Notes: generated by a model not told the origin, from the letters alone. 64,000 nucleotides of DNA from a bacterium BMS3Bbin13 (GCA_002897735.1 BDTW01000024.1:25598-89597), one strand, 5' to 3'; positions 34,270 through 43,437 are shown, numbered from the stretch's first letter. Numbers and translations: made by a program.

Positions 34270-34998
34270 GTGAAAGCCCTGTTTGTTGCATGGCAAGATG
34301 CTCAAAGCCGTCGCTGGGCGCCGGTGGGCCGACTCACGCGTGAAAATGGTATCTACCAGTTTGTTTACACGCGCGGTGCGGAAGAGATGCCGAACTTCCG
34401 CCCCTTCGGCCGCATGCGGGACCTGCACAAGACGTACAAATCGGAAGAACTTTTCCCGATGTTTGCGAACCGCATTCTGGCGAAGAACCGTCCCGAATAT
34501 GGAGACTATTTGCGCTGGCTCGGTTTATCCGATTCCGAATACGACGCGCTGGAGGAGCTGGCGCGTACCGGCGGACTGCGTGCAACCGATTCCCTGGAGC
34601 TGTTTCCTTGTCCGGAACCAACGGCGGACAAGAACTATCAAGTCTATTTCTTCTGCCGGGGGCTGCGGCACCTACATACGGAAAACCGGGAGCGCACGCG
34701 TCATCTGGGACCTGGTGAACGCCTTTATTTGATGCAGGACCTCCAGAATCCTTACGATGGTATGGCGCTACTATTGCGCACAGGCGATCCGATTACACTG
34801 GTCGGCTATGCGCCACGCTACTATTCCGGTGAATTCACGCAGGTGATTAACGCAACCTCACCGAATCAAGTCAAGGTGACGGTCGAGCAGGTCAACCGGG
34901 ATGCTCCTATTCAATACCGTGTTCTTTGTCGGTTGGTCAGCCCGTGGCCGGCGAGTTTTTCACCTTGTGCGCGAGATGAGTTTAGGGTGCTTGCTTAG
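34270..34998 (+). CDS. HipA-N/HipS-like domain fused to a HIRAN domain
   Basis: Residues 1-112 (PVGRLTRENGIYQFVYT ... LFPMFANRIL ... LRWLGLSDSEYDALEELARTGGLRATDSLEL) resemble the HipA N-terminal coupling domain. Residues about 123-225 (YFFCRGLRHL...LGPGERLYLMQDLQNPYDGMALLL...LVGYAPRY) fit the HIRAN pattern. The GTG start lies 7 nt after the kinase stop. Confidence 0.65.
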   Translation: MKALFVAWQDAQSRRWAPVGRLTRENGIYQFVYTRGAEEMPNFRPFGRMRDLHKTYKSEELFPMFANRILAKNRPEYGDYLRWLGLSDSEYDALEELARTGGLRATDSLELFPCPEPTADKNYQVYFFCRGLRHLHTENRERTRHLGPGERLYLMQDLQNPYDGMALLLRTGDPITLVGYAPRYYSGEFTQVINATSPNQVKVTVEQVNRDAPIQYRVLCRLVSPWPASFSPCARDEFRVLA

Positions 34999-35126
34999 GT
35001 TCATGGAGCATAAAAAGCCACGGGCTTGCGCCACGACGGCGGCTACACTTGGTAGGGCCATCCCGGCACGGGCTACCTTTGCCGCCGGCCGGTGAGTTAC
35101 GGAACGCACGATCGGCACTGAGATCA

Positions 35127-35414
35127 TTAGTCGCGTGCTGCCTCGGCGGGCGTGTAGGCGCGGATGCTCAGTGCGTGCACGTCGCGGTGCATGGCGTCGC
35201 CGAGCGCCCCGTAGACCAGGCGGTGGCGCTCTATCGGGCTCTTGCCTTCGAACGCCTTCGAAACGATGCGCATGTTGAAGTGCCCGCCGCCGGATTCGGC
35301 GCCCTTGTGGCCTGCGTGCCGGGCGCTGTCGTCGACGATCTCCAACTCCACGGGGGCGAGCGCCGCGCCGATGCGCCCGCGCAGCCGTTCCACGCGGTTC
35401 GAGGGATCGATCAT
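35127..35414 (-). CDS. BolA family protein
   Basis: [15 protein letters not shown]...[24 protein letters not shown]...VHALSI. Confidence 0.85.
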   Translation of the reverse strand: MIDPSNRVERLRGRIGAALAPVELEIVDDSARHAGHKGAESGGGHFNMRIVSKAFEGKSPIERHRLVYGALGDAMHRDVHALSIRAYTPAEAARD

Positions 35415-35710
35415 GGCAGCACCTTCAGAAAGGGTTTGACGTCCACCCGGGCGTAGACGCCGGCCGCGACGTAGGGGTCCTCGTCGGCCCAGGTACGGCA
35501 CTCCTGCAGCGATTCGAACTCGGCCACGATCAGGCTGCCGGAGAATCCGGCGGGCCCCGGGTCCTCGCCGTCGATGGCCGGGTGCGGGCCGGCCAGCACC
35601 AGCCGTCCGGTCTCGCGCAGGGCCTCGAGCCGCGCGAGGTGCGCGGCTCGCGCGCCTCGCCGCGCCCCGAGGCTGTCTGCGGTGTCCTCGGCGAGGATCG
35701 CGTAGAGCAT
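35411..35710 (-). CDS. yciI: YciI family protein
   Basis: [28 protein letters not shown]...[13 protein letters not shown] overlap with bolA and 1-nt overlap with yciB. Confidence 0.85.
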   Translation of the reverse strand: MLYAILAEDTADSLGARRGARAAHLARLEALRETGRLVLAGPHPAIDGEDPGPAGFSGSLIVAEFESLQECRTWADEDPYVAAGVYARVDVKPFLKVLP

Positions 35711-36264
35711 CAGCCGCTCTCCCCGGGTTCCTCGGCGGGTTGTTGCACGTGGCGCGCGAGGTACAGGGCCTGCAGGAATACGAACACCAGCGTCAGCCCG
35801 AGGGACCCGAAAAGCTTGAAGTCGACCCAGATGTCGGTGGAGAAGCGATAGGCCACGAACAGGTTCAGCGCGCCCATGGCGGTCATGAACAGGACCCAGG
35901 CGAAGTTCAGCCGCGACCAGACCGGTGTCGGGAGGGTGAGCGCATGGCCCATGGTGTGTTCGACGAGACTCTTCCCGGTCAGCGCGCGGCTGCCGAGGAA
36001 GGCGGCGGCGAACAGCCAGTCGATTACGGTAGGTTTCCATTTGATATAAGTGGGATCATGCAGGAGCAGCGTCGCGCCGCCGAAGAACACGATGACGCCC
36101 AGGGTCACGAGCTGCATCTTCTCGACGCGCCGGTGACGGATCCAGATGAAACTCACCTGCGCGAAGGTGGCGACGATGGCCACGGCGGTGGCCACATACA
36201 TGCCCGCCCATTTGTAGGCCGCGAAGAAGAGCAGGATAGGCAGGAAGTCGAAGAACATCTTCAT
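35710..36264 (-). CDS. yciB: septation protein A (IspZ/YciB)
   Basis: [19 protein letters not shown]... with five TM segments and the conserved yciB-yciI order. Confidence 0.9.
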   Translation of the reverse strand: MKMFFDFLPILLFFAAYKWAGMYVATAVAIVATFAQVSFIWIRHRRVEKMQLVTLGVIVFFGGATLLLHDPTYIKWKPTVIDWLFAAAFLGSRALTGKSLVEHTMGHALTLPTPVWSRLNFAWVLFMTAMGALNLFVAYRFSTDIWVDFKLFGSLGLTLVFVFLQALYLARHVQQPAEEPGESG

Positions 36265-36288
36265 GATCGATCGTCACCTTTCCGGGAA

Positions 36289-37050
36289 TCAGTGCAGCGT
36301 GTGCTGCAGACACCATTTCCGATAGTACCGCTCCATCACCTCACGTACCTGCGGCGGCTGGTTCGGGGACTCCATCCGGCCCAGGCCTTCGCGGAAGAAC
36401 GCCGGGGCATCCTCCGGCAGGTTCTGCACCAGGGTCTCGAACGCCTCCTCCATGACCCACGGATTGCGCGTGCGGGCGGCGACGATCGCACGGTTCAGGT
36501 TGAGCACCCGCCAGGGACGTCCGGGATCGTCCCTTTCCAGGTCCTGGCGGATGGTCAGGGCGGCGGCCTCCATCACTTCCCCGGTCGCCGCATACAGCTC
36601 CTCCAGTTCGCGCGGCTCGTGCGTGTGGTTCGCAACCGCGGCCGCCGCGTTCACCACCGACTCCAGGTTGCGCAGTTCGCCGCCGCGCCGCGCCAGCCAG
36701 AGCGCCAGGGGCAGGGCGAGCACCTCCAGTTCTTGCCGGCGCCCCTCCAGGCCCAGGCGCGCCGCCCATGCCGCCAGTTCGTCGAGCAGGCCGAGGCCGT
36801 AGTCACCCAGTTGCGTGACGTCGTCGGGAGTCGCGCTACGCACGTCGCCGTCCGACTCCGTTTCCGCAGACTGATCGGCATCGATGCACTTGAACACATC
36901 GATCAATTGCCCGGCCGCCTCCGCCAGGAGGTCCGGCGCGACCTCGCCGGCGATGGTCGGTGCGTCGGCCTCATAGGCCTCCACTATGTCCGCGGCGGCG
37001 TCACGCAGCGCGTCGGCGAGCACGTGAATGTCGGCCGGTAGCAATCGCAT
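36289..37050 (-). CDS. hypothetical acidic protein (253 aa)
   Basis: Long ORF with GC-rich third positions on visual inspection. No motif recognised. Confidence 0.5.
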   Translation of the reverse strand: MRLLPADIHVLADALRDAAADIVEAYEADAPTIAGEVAPDLLAEAAGQLIDVFKCIDADQSAETESDGDVRSATPDDVTQLGDYGLGLLDELAAWAARLGLEGRRQELEVLALPLALWLARRGGELRNLESVVNAAAAVANHTHEPRELEELYAATGEVMEAAALTIRQDLERDDPGRPWRVLNLNRAIVAARTRNPWVMEEAFETLVQNLPEDAPAFFREGLGRMESPNQPPQVREVMERYYRKWCLQHTLH

Positions 37051-37179
37051 GATACACTCGCCCGGTTGCCGGAGCCGCCTATTCTACTGGAAATCGGTCG
37101 GGAAATCGGCCGGGGGCGGGGGCGGGGACCGGGGTTTCGGCGCCGGCGCGGGCGGTGTTCCTCCGGATGGCCGGGGTCG

Positions 37180-37803
37180 ATGAGCCAATTCTTCCAGATT
37201 CACCCGCAGAATCCGCAGTTGCGGCTGATCCGCCGCAGCGCCGATATCGTGCGCGCCGGTGGGATCATCGCCTATCCCACGGACTCCTGTTATGCCCTCG
37301 GTTGCCGTATCGGCGACAAGGATGCCTTGAACCGCATCGTGCGCATCCGGCGACTCGATGCGAAGCACGAGTTTGCCCTGGTATGCCGCGACCTCTCCGA
37401 AATCTCCGTCTATGCGCGTCTCGGGGACTCGGCCTACCGCCTGATCCGCAGCCACACCCCGGGCCCGTACACCTTCGTGTTGCCCGCCACGCGGGAGGTC
37501 CCGCGACGCCTGCAGAATCCCAAGCGCAAGACGATCGGGATCCGAGTGCCCGAGGGGGCGATCGCGCAGGTGCTCCTGGCGGAACTCGGCGAACCGCTGA
37601 TGAGCACCTCGCTCATCCTCCCCGGGGAGGACCGCCCGCTCACGGATCCCGAGGAGATCCGCGGCCGCCTCGAGCATCAGGTCGACGCGGTGCTCGACGG
37701 AGGGTCCGGGGGGCTGGAGCCGACCACCGTCCTGGAATGGGTGGAGGGGGTCCCGGTGCTGCGCCGGCAAGGCAGGGGCGCCGTCGATTTCCTGAAGGGC
37801 TGA
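37180..37803 (+). CDS. yciO: L-threonylcarbamoyladenylate synthase-like protein (YrdC/YciO family)
   Basis: GGIIAYPTDSCYALGC, KRKTIGIRVP and LMSTSL motifs. ATG at 37180. Confidence 0.85.
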   Translation: MSQFFQIHPQNPQLRLIRRSADIVRAGGIIAYPTDSCYALGCRIGDKDALNRIVRIRRLDAKHEFALVCRDLSEISVYARLGDSAYRLIRSHTPGPYTFVLPATREVPRRLQNPKRKTIGIRVPEGAIAQVLLAELGEPLMSTSLILPGEDRPLTDPEEIRGRLEHQVDAVLDGGSGGLEPTTVLEWVEGVPVLRRQGRGAVDFLKG

Positions 37804-37854
37804 TGCCTTGTCAAGACTTATGCTGCATGGCGCAAACCCGCTATACTTGCCCGA

Positions 37855-38511
37855 ATGCCTGGAATGACCCTCGTTCAGACCGTCGCCGTCCTGGCGCTTC
37901 CGCTGCTGTTCGCCGTCACGGTGCACGAGGTGGCGCACGGCTGGGTGGCGCGCCGTCTCGGCGACCCCACCGCCATGATGCTCGGCCGGCTCACTCTCAA
38001 CCCGATCAAGCACATCGACCCCCTCGGCACGTTGCTGATCCCGGCGTTGCTGCTGATTATGCACGCGCCGTTCCTGTTCGGTTGGGCGAAGCCGGTACCC
38101 GTGACCTGGCAGAACCTGCGCAACCCCAAGCGCGACATGGCCCTGGTGGCGGTGGCCGGGCCGGGCGCCAATCTGGCGATGGCGTTGCTGTGGGCGCTGG
38201 TGGCGAAGCTGGGGCTCGTGCTCGCCCCCACTATAGGCGGGCTCGCCCTGCCCATGGTGCTCATGGGCAAGGTCGGCATCACCTTCAATCTGGTCCTGAT
38301 GGTGCTCAATCTGTTGCCGCTCCCGCCGCTCGACGGCGGTCGCATACTGGTCGGCCTGCTGCCCGGGCCGCTCGCCTGGAAGGTGAGCCGCATCGAGCCC
38401 TACGGCTTTCCGATCCTGTTGGTGTTGCTCGTGACCGGCGGCCTGGCCTACCTGATCGTGCCGCCGATCGGTTGGTTCGAGCACATCATCTACCTGACCA
38501 CGGGACTGTAG
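37855..38511 (+). CDS. site-2 protease family (M50) membrane metalloprotease
   Basis: HEVAHG zinc motif in TM1, a polytopic sequence, and LNLLPLPPLDGG (NxxPxxxLDG). Confidence 0.8.
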   Translation: MPGMTLVQTVAVLALPLLFAVTVHEVAHGWVARRLGDPTAMMLGRLTLNPIKHIDPLGTLLIPALLLIMHAPFLFGWAKPVPVTWQNLRNPKRDMALVAVAGPGANLAMALLWALVAKLGLVLAPTIGGLALPMVLMGKVGITFNLVLMVLNLLPLPPLDGGRILVGLLPGPLAWKVSRIEPYGFPILLVLLVTGGLAYLIVPPIGWFEHIIYLTTGL

Positions 38512-38521
38512 GCGGGCGCCC

Positions 38522-39739
38522 GTGAATTCGGTACCCGCGACCGATCCGCGCGTGTTGTCCGGCATGCGGCCGACCGGACGGCTGCACCTGGGGCACTACC
38601 ACGGCGTGCTCAAGAACTGGGTGCGCCTGCAGAACCGGTACGAGTGCTTTTTCTGCGTCGCCGACCTGCATGCACTGACCACCCAGTACGAAGAGCCCGA
38701 CGTGATCCGCGAGAGCGTCTGGGAGATGGTCATCGACTGGCTGGCGGCGGGCGTCGATCCCAAGGCCGCGCGGCTGTTCATCCAGTCGCGGATCGCGGAA
38801 CACTCCGAACTGCACCTGCTGCTGTCGATGATCACGCCGCTCGGCTGGCTGGAGCGCATGCCCACCTACAAGGATCAGCAGGAACGCCTGAAAGAGAAGG
38901 ATCTTGCGACCTACGGGTTCCTCGGCTACCCGGTGCTGCAGACGGCGGACATCCTGGTCTACAAGGCGACCCTGGTGCCGGTGGGCGAGGATCAGGTCCC
39001 GCACGTGGAGATGTCGCGCGAACTCGCGCGGCGTTTCAACCACCTCTACGGGCGGGAGCCGGGTTTCGAGGAGAAGGCCGAGGCGGCGGTGCGCACCCTC
39101 GGCAAGAAGAACGCCCGCCTCTACCGCGAACTGCGCCGTCGCTTCCAGGAGCGGGGCGACCGGCAGGCCCTGGAGGAGGCGCGGGCGCTGTTGGATGCCC
39201 GGCAGAACCTGACACTCGGCGACCGGGAACGCCTCTACGGCTACCTCGAGGGCCGCTCCCGGATCCTGCTTCCGGAACCCCGGGCGCTGCTCACGCCGGC
39301 CGCGCGCGTGCCGGGCCTGGATGGGCGGAAGATGTCCAAGTCGTATCACAACACCATCGGCTTGCGCGATGAACCCGAGACGGTCGCGCAGCGCATCCGC
39401 ACCATGCCCACGGACCCGGCGCGCGTGCGTCGCACGGATCCGGGCGATCCGGACAAATGCCCGGTCTGGCGCTTCCACGAGGTCTATTCCGACGACAAGA
39501 TCCGCGAATGGGTGCGGCACGGCTGCCGCTCCGCGGCGATCGGCTGCCTCGACTGCAAGCAGCCGGTGATCGACGCCGTGGTCGCCGAGGTCAAGGGCTT
39601 CCGCGAGCGGGCCAAGCCCTTCCAGGACGACCTCGGCCTGGTCCGTGGTATCATCGCCGAGGGGACCGAGTCGGCCCGCGACGTCGCCCGGCAGACGCTC
39701 GAGGAGGTGCGCGAAGCCATGGGACTGGTGTACCGGTGA
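38522..39739 (+). CDS. trpS: tryptophan--tRNA ligase (long form)
   Basis: SGMRPTGRLHLGHYHG and KMSKS. GTG start. Confidence 0.9.
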   Translation: MNSVPATDPRVLSGMRPTGRLHLGHYHGVLKNWVRLQNRYECFFCVADLHALTTQYEEPDVIRESVWEMVIDWLAAGVDPKAARLFIQSRIAEHSELHLLLSMITPLGWLERMPTYKDQQERLKEKDLATYGFLGYPVLQTADILVYKATLVPVGEDQVPHVEMSRELARRFNHLYGREPGFEEKAEAAVRTLGKKNARLYRELRRRFQERGDRQALEEARALLDARQNLTLGDRERLYGYLEGRSRILLPEPRALLTPAARVPGLDGRKMSKSYHNTIGLRDEPETVAQRIRTMPTDPARVRRTDPGDPDKCPVWRFHEVYSDDKIREWVRHGCRSAAIGCLDCKQPVIDAVVAEVKGFRERAKPFQDDLGLVRGIIAEGTESARDVARQTLEEVREAMGLVYR

Positions 39740-40632
39740 GCGAAGCCGCATCGGAGCGCAATCCCGGGGATCTTGCGCCGCCCCCGCTCCCCGGGCCGGT
39801 GCAGGGTGAACTGCCCGTGGCGGTGGTGCGTGGCGAGCCGGTCACCGCCTTCCCGCAGGATCTCTACATCCCACCCCACGCGCTGGAGGTGTTCCTGGAG
39901 GCCTTCGAAGGCCCCCTGGATCTGCTGCTGTACCTGATCCGGCGCCAGAACCTGGACGTCCTCGACATCCCGGTAGCGGAGATCACCCGCCAGTACGTGC
40001 AGTACGTGGAGCTGATGAAGGAACTGCGCCTGGATCTCGCGGCCGAGTATTTGGTGATGGCGGCGATACTGACGGAGATCAAGTCGCGACTGTTGCTGCC
40101 GCGCCCCGCGGACACCGAGGAAGAGGAGGACCCGCGCGCAGAGCTGGTGCGCAGGCTCCAGGAATACGAGCGCTTCAAACAGGCGGCGCAGGAACTCGAT
40201 GCCCTGCCGCGCGTCGGGCGCGATATCTACCCGGCGTGCGCGCAGGTCCCGGAAGTGGCACGTCCGCGGCCGTTGCCGAAGGTCACGCTCCAGGAACTCC
40301 TGGCGGCCTTCCAGGAGGTGCTCTCTCGCGCGGAGATGTTTACCCATCACCGCGTGGAGCGCGAAGCGCTGTCGGTGCGCGAGCGCATGTCGCAGGTCCT
40401 GGCCGGTGTGCAGACGGGCGGATTCGTGGAGTTCACGCGCCTGTTCGATGCGCGCGAGGGGCGCATGGGTGTGGTGGTGACGCTGCTCGCCGTGCTGGAG
40501 TTGATCCGCGAGTCGTTGCTGGAACTGGTGCAGGCCGAACCCTTCGGTCCCATACACGTGAAGGCGGCGGGTGCCGAAGAGCGCGCGGTCGTCGAAGACG
40601 GGGCATCGCGCAGTGGAACCACCGTTGCTTAG
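39736..40632 (+). CDS. scpA: segregation and condensation protein A
   Basis: FEGPLDLLLYLIRRQNLDVLDIPVAEITRQY. GTGA overlap with the trpS stop. Confidence 0.85.
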   Translation: MSEAASERNPGDLAPPPLPGPVQGELPVAVVRGEPVTAFPQDLYIPPHALEVFLEAFEGPLDLLLYLIRRQNLDVLDIPVAEITRQYVQYVELMKELRLDLAAEYLVMAAILTEIKSRLLLPRPADTEEEEDPRAELVRRLQEYERFKQAAQELDALPRVGRDIYPACAQVPEVARPRPLPKVTLQELLAAFQEVLSRAEMFTHHRVEREALSVRERMSQVLAGVQTGGFVEFTRLFDAREGRMGVVVTLLAVLELIRESLLELVQAEPFGPIHVKAAGAEERAVVEDGASRSGTTVA

Positions 40633-41455
40633 CCGCATTCTCGAGGCCGCGTTGCTCGCGGCCGATCAGCCGCTCGGTGCGGACCGGCTGCTGGCGCTGT
40701 TCGCCGACGCGGAGCGTCCCACCCGTGACGAGGTGCACGCGGCGCTGGAGGCCTTGCGCGGGGATTGCGCGCAGCGGGCGATCGAACTGGTCGAAGTCGC
40801 CGGGGGATTCCGCTTCCAGGTCCGGCGCGAGTTCGCCGAGCGGGTCTCGCGGCTCTGGGAGGAACGCCCGCCGCGCTATTCGCGCGCCCTGCTCGAGACC
40901 CTGGCGCTGATCGTCTACCGCCAGCCGATCACCCGCGGCGAGATCGAGGACATCCGCGGGGTGGGCGTGAGTTCCTCGATCACCAAGACACTGCAGGAGC
41001 GGGAATGGATCCGCATTGTGGGGCATCGCGAGGTCCCCGGCCGCCCGGCGATGTACGGGACCACGCGGCGCTTTCTCGACGACTTCAATCTCAAGGGGCT
41101 GGACGAACTGCCCACGCTTGCCGAACTGCGCGACCTCTTGCAAATCAATGCCGAGCTGCCGCTGGGAGATGCACCGGATCCGGGGGGCGATGCCGCGGCG
41201 GTGCGCGGCGAGTCCCCCGAGGATGAGTCCCCCGAGGATGAGTCCCCCGAGGATGAGTCCCCCGAGGATGAGTCCCCCGAGGATGAGTCCCCCGAGGATG
41301 AGTCCCCCGAGGATGAGTCCCCCGAGGATGAGTCCCCCGAGGATGAGTCCGGGGTTGCCCCCGGACACAATCCCCCGAATGACGCGGGGGACGAATCCGG
41401 AGAAGAACCCTCGGACGTCCCGGCCCCCGCGCTCGCCGGTGCAGACCGAGGGTGA
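40571..41455 (+). CDS. scpB: SMC-Scp complex subunit ScpB with a repetitive acidic C-terminal tail
   Basis: ILEAALLAADQPL...IELVEVAGGFRFQV...LETLALIVYRQPITRGEIEDIRGV. Alternative GTG start at 40613. Confidence 0.8.
   Translation: MPKSARSSKTGHRAVEPPLLSRILEAALLAADQPLGADRLLALFADAERPTRDEVHAALEALRGDCAQRAIELVEVAGGFRFQVRREFAERVSRLWEERPPRYSRALLETLALIVYRQPITRGEIEDIRGVGVSSSITKTLQEREWIRIVGHREVPGRPAMYGTTRRFLDDFNLKGLDELPTLAELRDLLQINAELPLGDAPDPGGDAAAVRGESPEDESPEDESPEDESPEDESPEDESPEDESPEDESPEDESPEDESGVAPGHNPPNDAGDESGEEPSDVPAPALAGADRG
41210..41350 (+). repeat. perfect 15-bp tandem repeat (GAGTCCCCCGAGGAT) x9.4 inside scpB, encoding (ESPED)n
   Basis: Nine identical units at 41210-41344 plus 6 nt. In frame with ScpB. 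Confidence 0.95.
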
Positions 41456-42360
41456 GTGGGCGACGGGTCAATCGCGGCGGTCCGGCGCAGGGGCACCGGG
41501 CAGCGCCGGCGCCCGCTGAAAAGCTGCAGAAGATCCTGGCGCGGGCCGGATTCGGGTCGCGCCGCGAGATCGAGCGCTGGATCGAGGCGGGCCGGGTACA
41601 GGTCAACGGGCGTAGCGCCCGGCTCGGCGACCGCGCCCGGGCCGCAGACGTGATCCTGCTCGACGGGCGTCCGGTGGATGTCGTCGCCCCGGCGGCCGAA
41701 CCGGCCCGCGTCCTGATCTACCACAAGCCGACGGGGGAGGTGACCACCCGCCGCGACCCCGAGGGGCGCCCCACGGTGTTCCGGAGCCTGCCGCCGGTGC
41801 GCGGCGGGCGCTGGATCGTGGTCGGGCGATTGGACTTCAACACGCTCGGGCTGATGCTCTTCACCACCGACGGGGAACTGGCCCACCGCCTCATGCACCC
41901 CTCCGCGGGGCTGGATCGGGAGTACGCCGTGCGCATCCTCGGCGACCCCGACGCGCTGGTGCTCGAGCGACTGCTGCGCGGCGTGGACCTCGACGACGGT
42001 CCGGCGCGCTTCGAGGGGGTCGCCGAGGGCGGCGCCCGCGGGACCAACCATTGGTACCACGTGGTGGTCCGTGAGGGTCGCCGGCGTCTCGTGCGGCGAC
42101 TCTGGGAATCGCAGGGGTTCCCGGTGAGCCGCCTGATCCGGGTGCGCTTCGGCCCGCTGGCGCTTCCGCGGGGCTTGCCCCCCGGGCGCTGGCGCGAGAG
42201 CACACCGGCGGAGCTGCAGGCGTTGTATCGGGCGGCGGGACTCGAAACCCCCGCCGCGAGGCCGCGCGCGACCCCGGCGACCCCGGCGACCCCGAAGGGT
42301 CCGTTCGGGCGCGGCCGCCGCGGGTCGGGCACGCGGAGCGATCGGCGCGACCGTAAATAG
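41452..42360 (+). CDS. rluB: 23S rRNA pseudouridine synthase RluB
   Basis: S4 domain KLQKILARAGFGSRREIERWIEAGRVQVNG, catalytic VVGRLDFNTLGLMLFTTDG, and a basic C-terminal tail. GTGA overlap with scpB. Confidence 0.85.
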   Translation: MSGRRVNRGGPAQGHRAAPAPAEKLQKILARAGFGSRREIERWIEAGRVQVNGRSARLGDRARAADVILLDGRPVDVVAPAAEPARVLIYHKPTGEVTTRRDPEGRPTVFRSLPPVRGGRWIVVGRLDFNTLGLMLFTTDGELAHRLMHPSAGLDREYAVRILGDPDALVLERLLRGVDLDDGPARFEGVAEGGARGTNHWYHVVVREGRRRLVRRLWESQGFPVSRLIRVRFGPLALPRGLPPGRWRESTPAELQALYRAAGLETPAARPRATPATPATPKGPFGRGRRGSGTRSDRRDRK

Positions 42361-42512
42361 CCGCGGACGCGGCGGCGCGTCCTGCCTCGACCGCCTTCGC
42401 CGCGCTGCGGCGGATGTACGTTGCGGTGCGGCCGTCCCTCGGCGGGATCCCGAAGCCTCGTCGGCCGGGCGATCCCGGCCCTACGCTTCATTACCGGCCG
42501 CGCGAGATACCC

Positions 42513-42655
42513 GTAGGGCGGGCCTCGGCCCGCCGACGACGTTGTGGGGTCCCGCCGTGATTCCTGCGGGGCCGCGACGTCGGCCGGACGGGTCCGACCC
42601 GGAGGTATAGGGCTGCGCGAATTCCGGTAGGGCGGGCCTCGGCCCGCCGACGACG
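42513..42655 (+). repeat. two direct copies of a GTAG-type REP (GTAGGGCGGGCCTCGGCCCGCCGACGACG)
   Basis: Copies at 42513-42541 and 42627-42655. Each is a GC palindrome, GGCGGGCC/GGCCCGCC. Confidence 0.75.
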
Positions 42656-42700
42656 AATGATTGGAGGATACGGATAATCACGGCGTGAAGGGAGGGATTC

Positions 42701-43405
42701 GTGATGGATGAGCTGCGGCTGCCCGCGCGGCGACTGCGGTCCGTCTACCGTACGCTGCTTACAGGCCACGGGCCGCAGGACTGGTGGCCGGGCGATACGC
42801 CCTTTGAGATCATGGTCGGCGCCGTTCTGACCCAGAACACCGCGTGGAGCAACGTCGAGCGGGCGATCGCCAACCTCAAGGCGCAGCACGCGCTCGATCC
42901 CCGCGCGATCGTCGAGGCGCCGCCGCAGCGGCTGGCGCAGTGGATCCGCCCGTCCGGGTATTTCAACGTCAAGGCGCAACGCCTGCGCAGCTTCTGCCTC
43001 TGGTATCGGGAGGCGGGGGGCCTGCGCAAACTCTCGCGCCGGCCGACTGCGCGGCTGCGCGAGGCGCTCCTCGCCGTGCACGGCGTCGGACCGGAGACCG
43101 CCGACGACATCCTGCTCTATGCGTTCCGGCGCCCGGTGTTCGTCATCGACGCCTACACGCGGCGCATCTTCGCCCGGCTCGGACTGATCCGGGGACCGGA
43201 ACCCTACGAGGTCCTGCGCCTGGGGTTCGAACGGGCCCTCGGCGCGGATACGTCGTTGTTCAACGAATACCACGCGCTGCTCGTAATCCACGGCAAGGGT
43301 ATGTGCCGTCCCCGCCCGCGCTGCGGCGAATGCGCGTTGCGCCGCACCTGCCCGTCTGCACGCGCGAACCCGGGAGAAACGAGGTCTTCCGACAGCGGCC
43401 GCTGA
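42701..43405 (+). CDS. endonuclease III-like HhH-GPD DNA glycosylase family protein
   Basis: MVGAVLTQNTAWSNV, HhH LLAVHGVGPETADDILLYAF, and a four-Cys cluster CRPRPRCGECALRRTC. Confidence 0.8.
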   Translation: MMDELRLPARRLRSVYRTLLTGHGPQDWWPGDTPFEIMVGAVLTQNTAWSNVERAIANLKAQHALDPRAIVEAPPQRLAQWIRPSGYFNVKAQRLRSFCLWYREAGGLRKLSRRPTARLREALLAVHGVGPETADDILLYAFRRPVFVIDAYTRRIFARLGLIRGPEPYEVLRLGFERALGADTSLFNEYHALLVIHGKGMCRPRPRCGECALRRTCPSARANPGETRSSDSGR

Positions 43406-43437
43406 AGCGCCCGATCCACGTGCGGTGGGACGTGCAA

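Noticed and set aside
33145-35089. Possible att-like direct repeats flanking the low-GC islet (GGCTTTGCCGG near 33148 and CCTTTGCCGCCGG near 35077)
   Set aside because: Only about 8 nt are shared, which is expected by chance in 2 kb.
38522-39739. trpS lying 3.5 kb from the HipT-like kinase as a functional link (HipT of E. coli O127 targets TrpS)
   Set aside because: trpS sits in a conserved core block (M50 protease-trpS-scpAB) outside the low-GC islet, so the proximity is most likely coincidental.
41016-41606. Alternative-frame readings of the 15-bp repeat (PRMSP and GTHPR repeats)
   Set aside because: Only the ESPED frame is contiguous with the conserved ScpB winged-helix domains.
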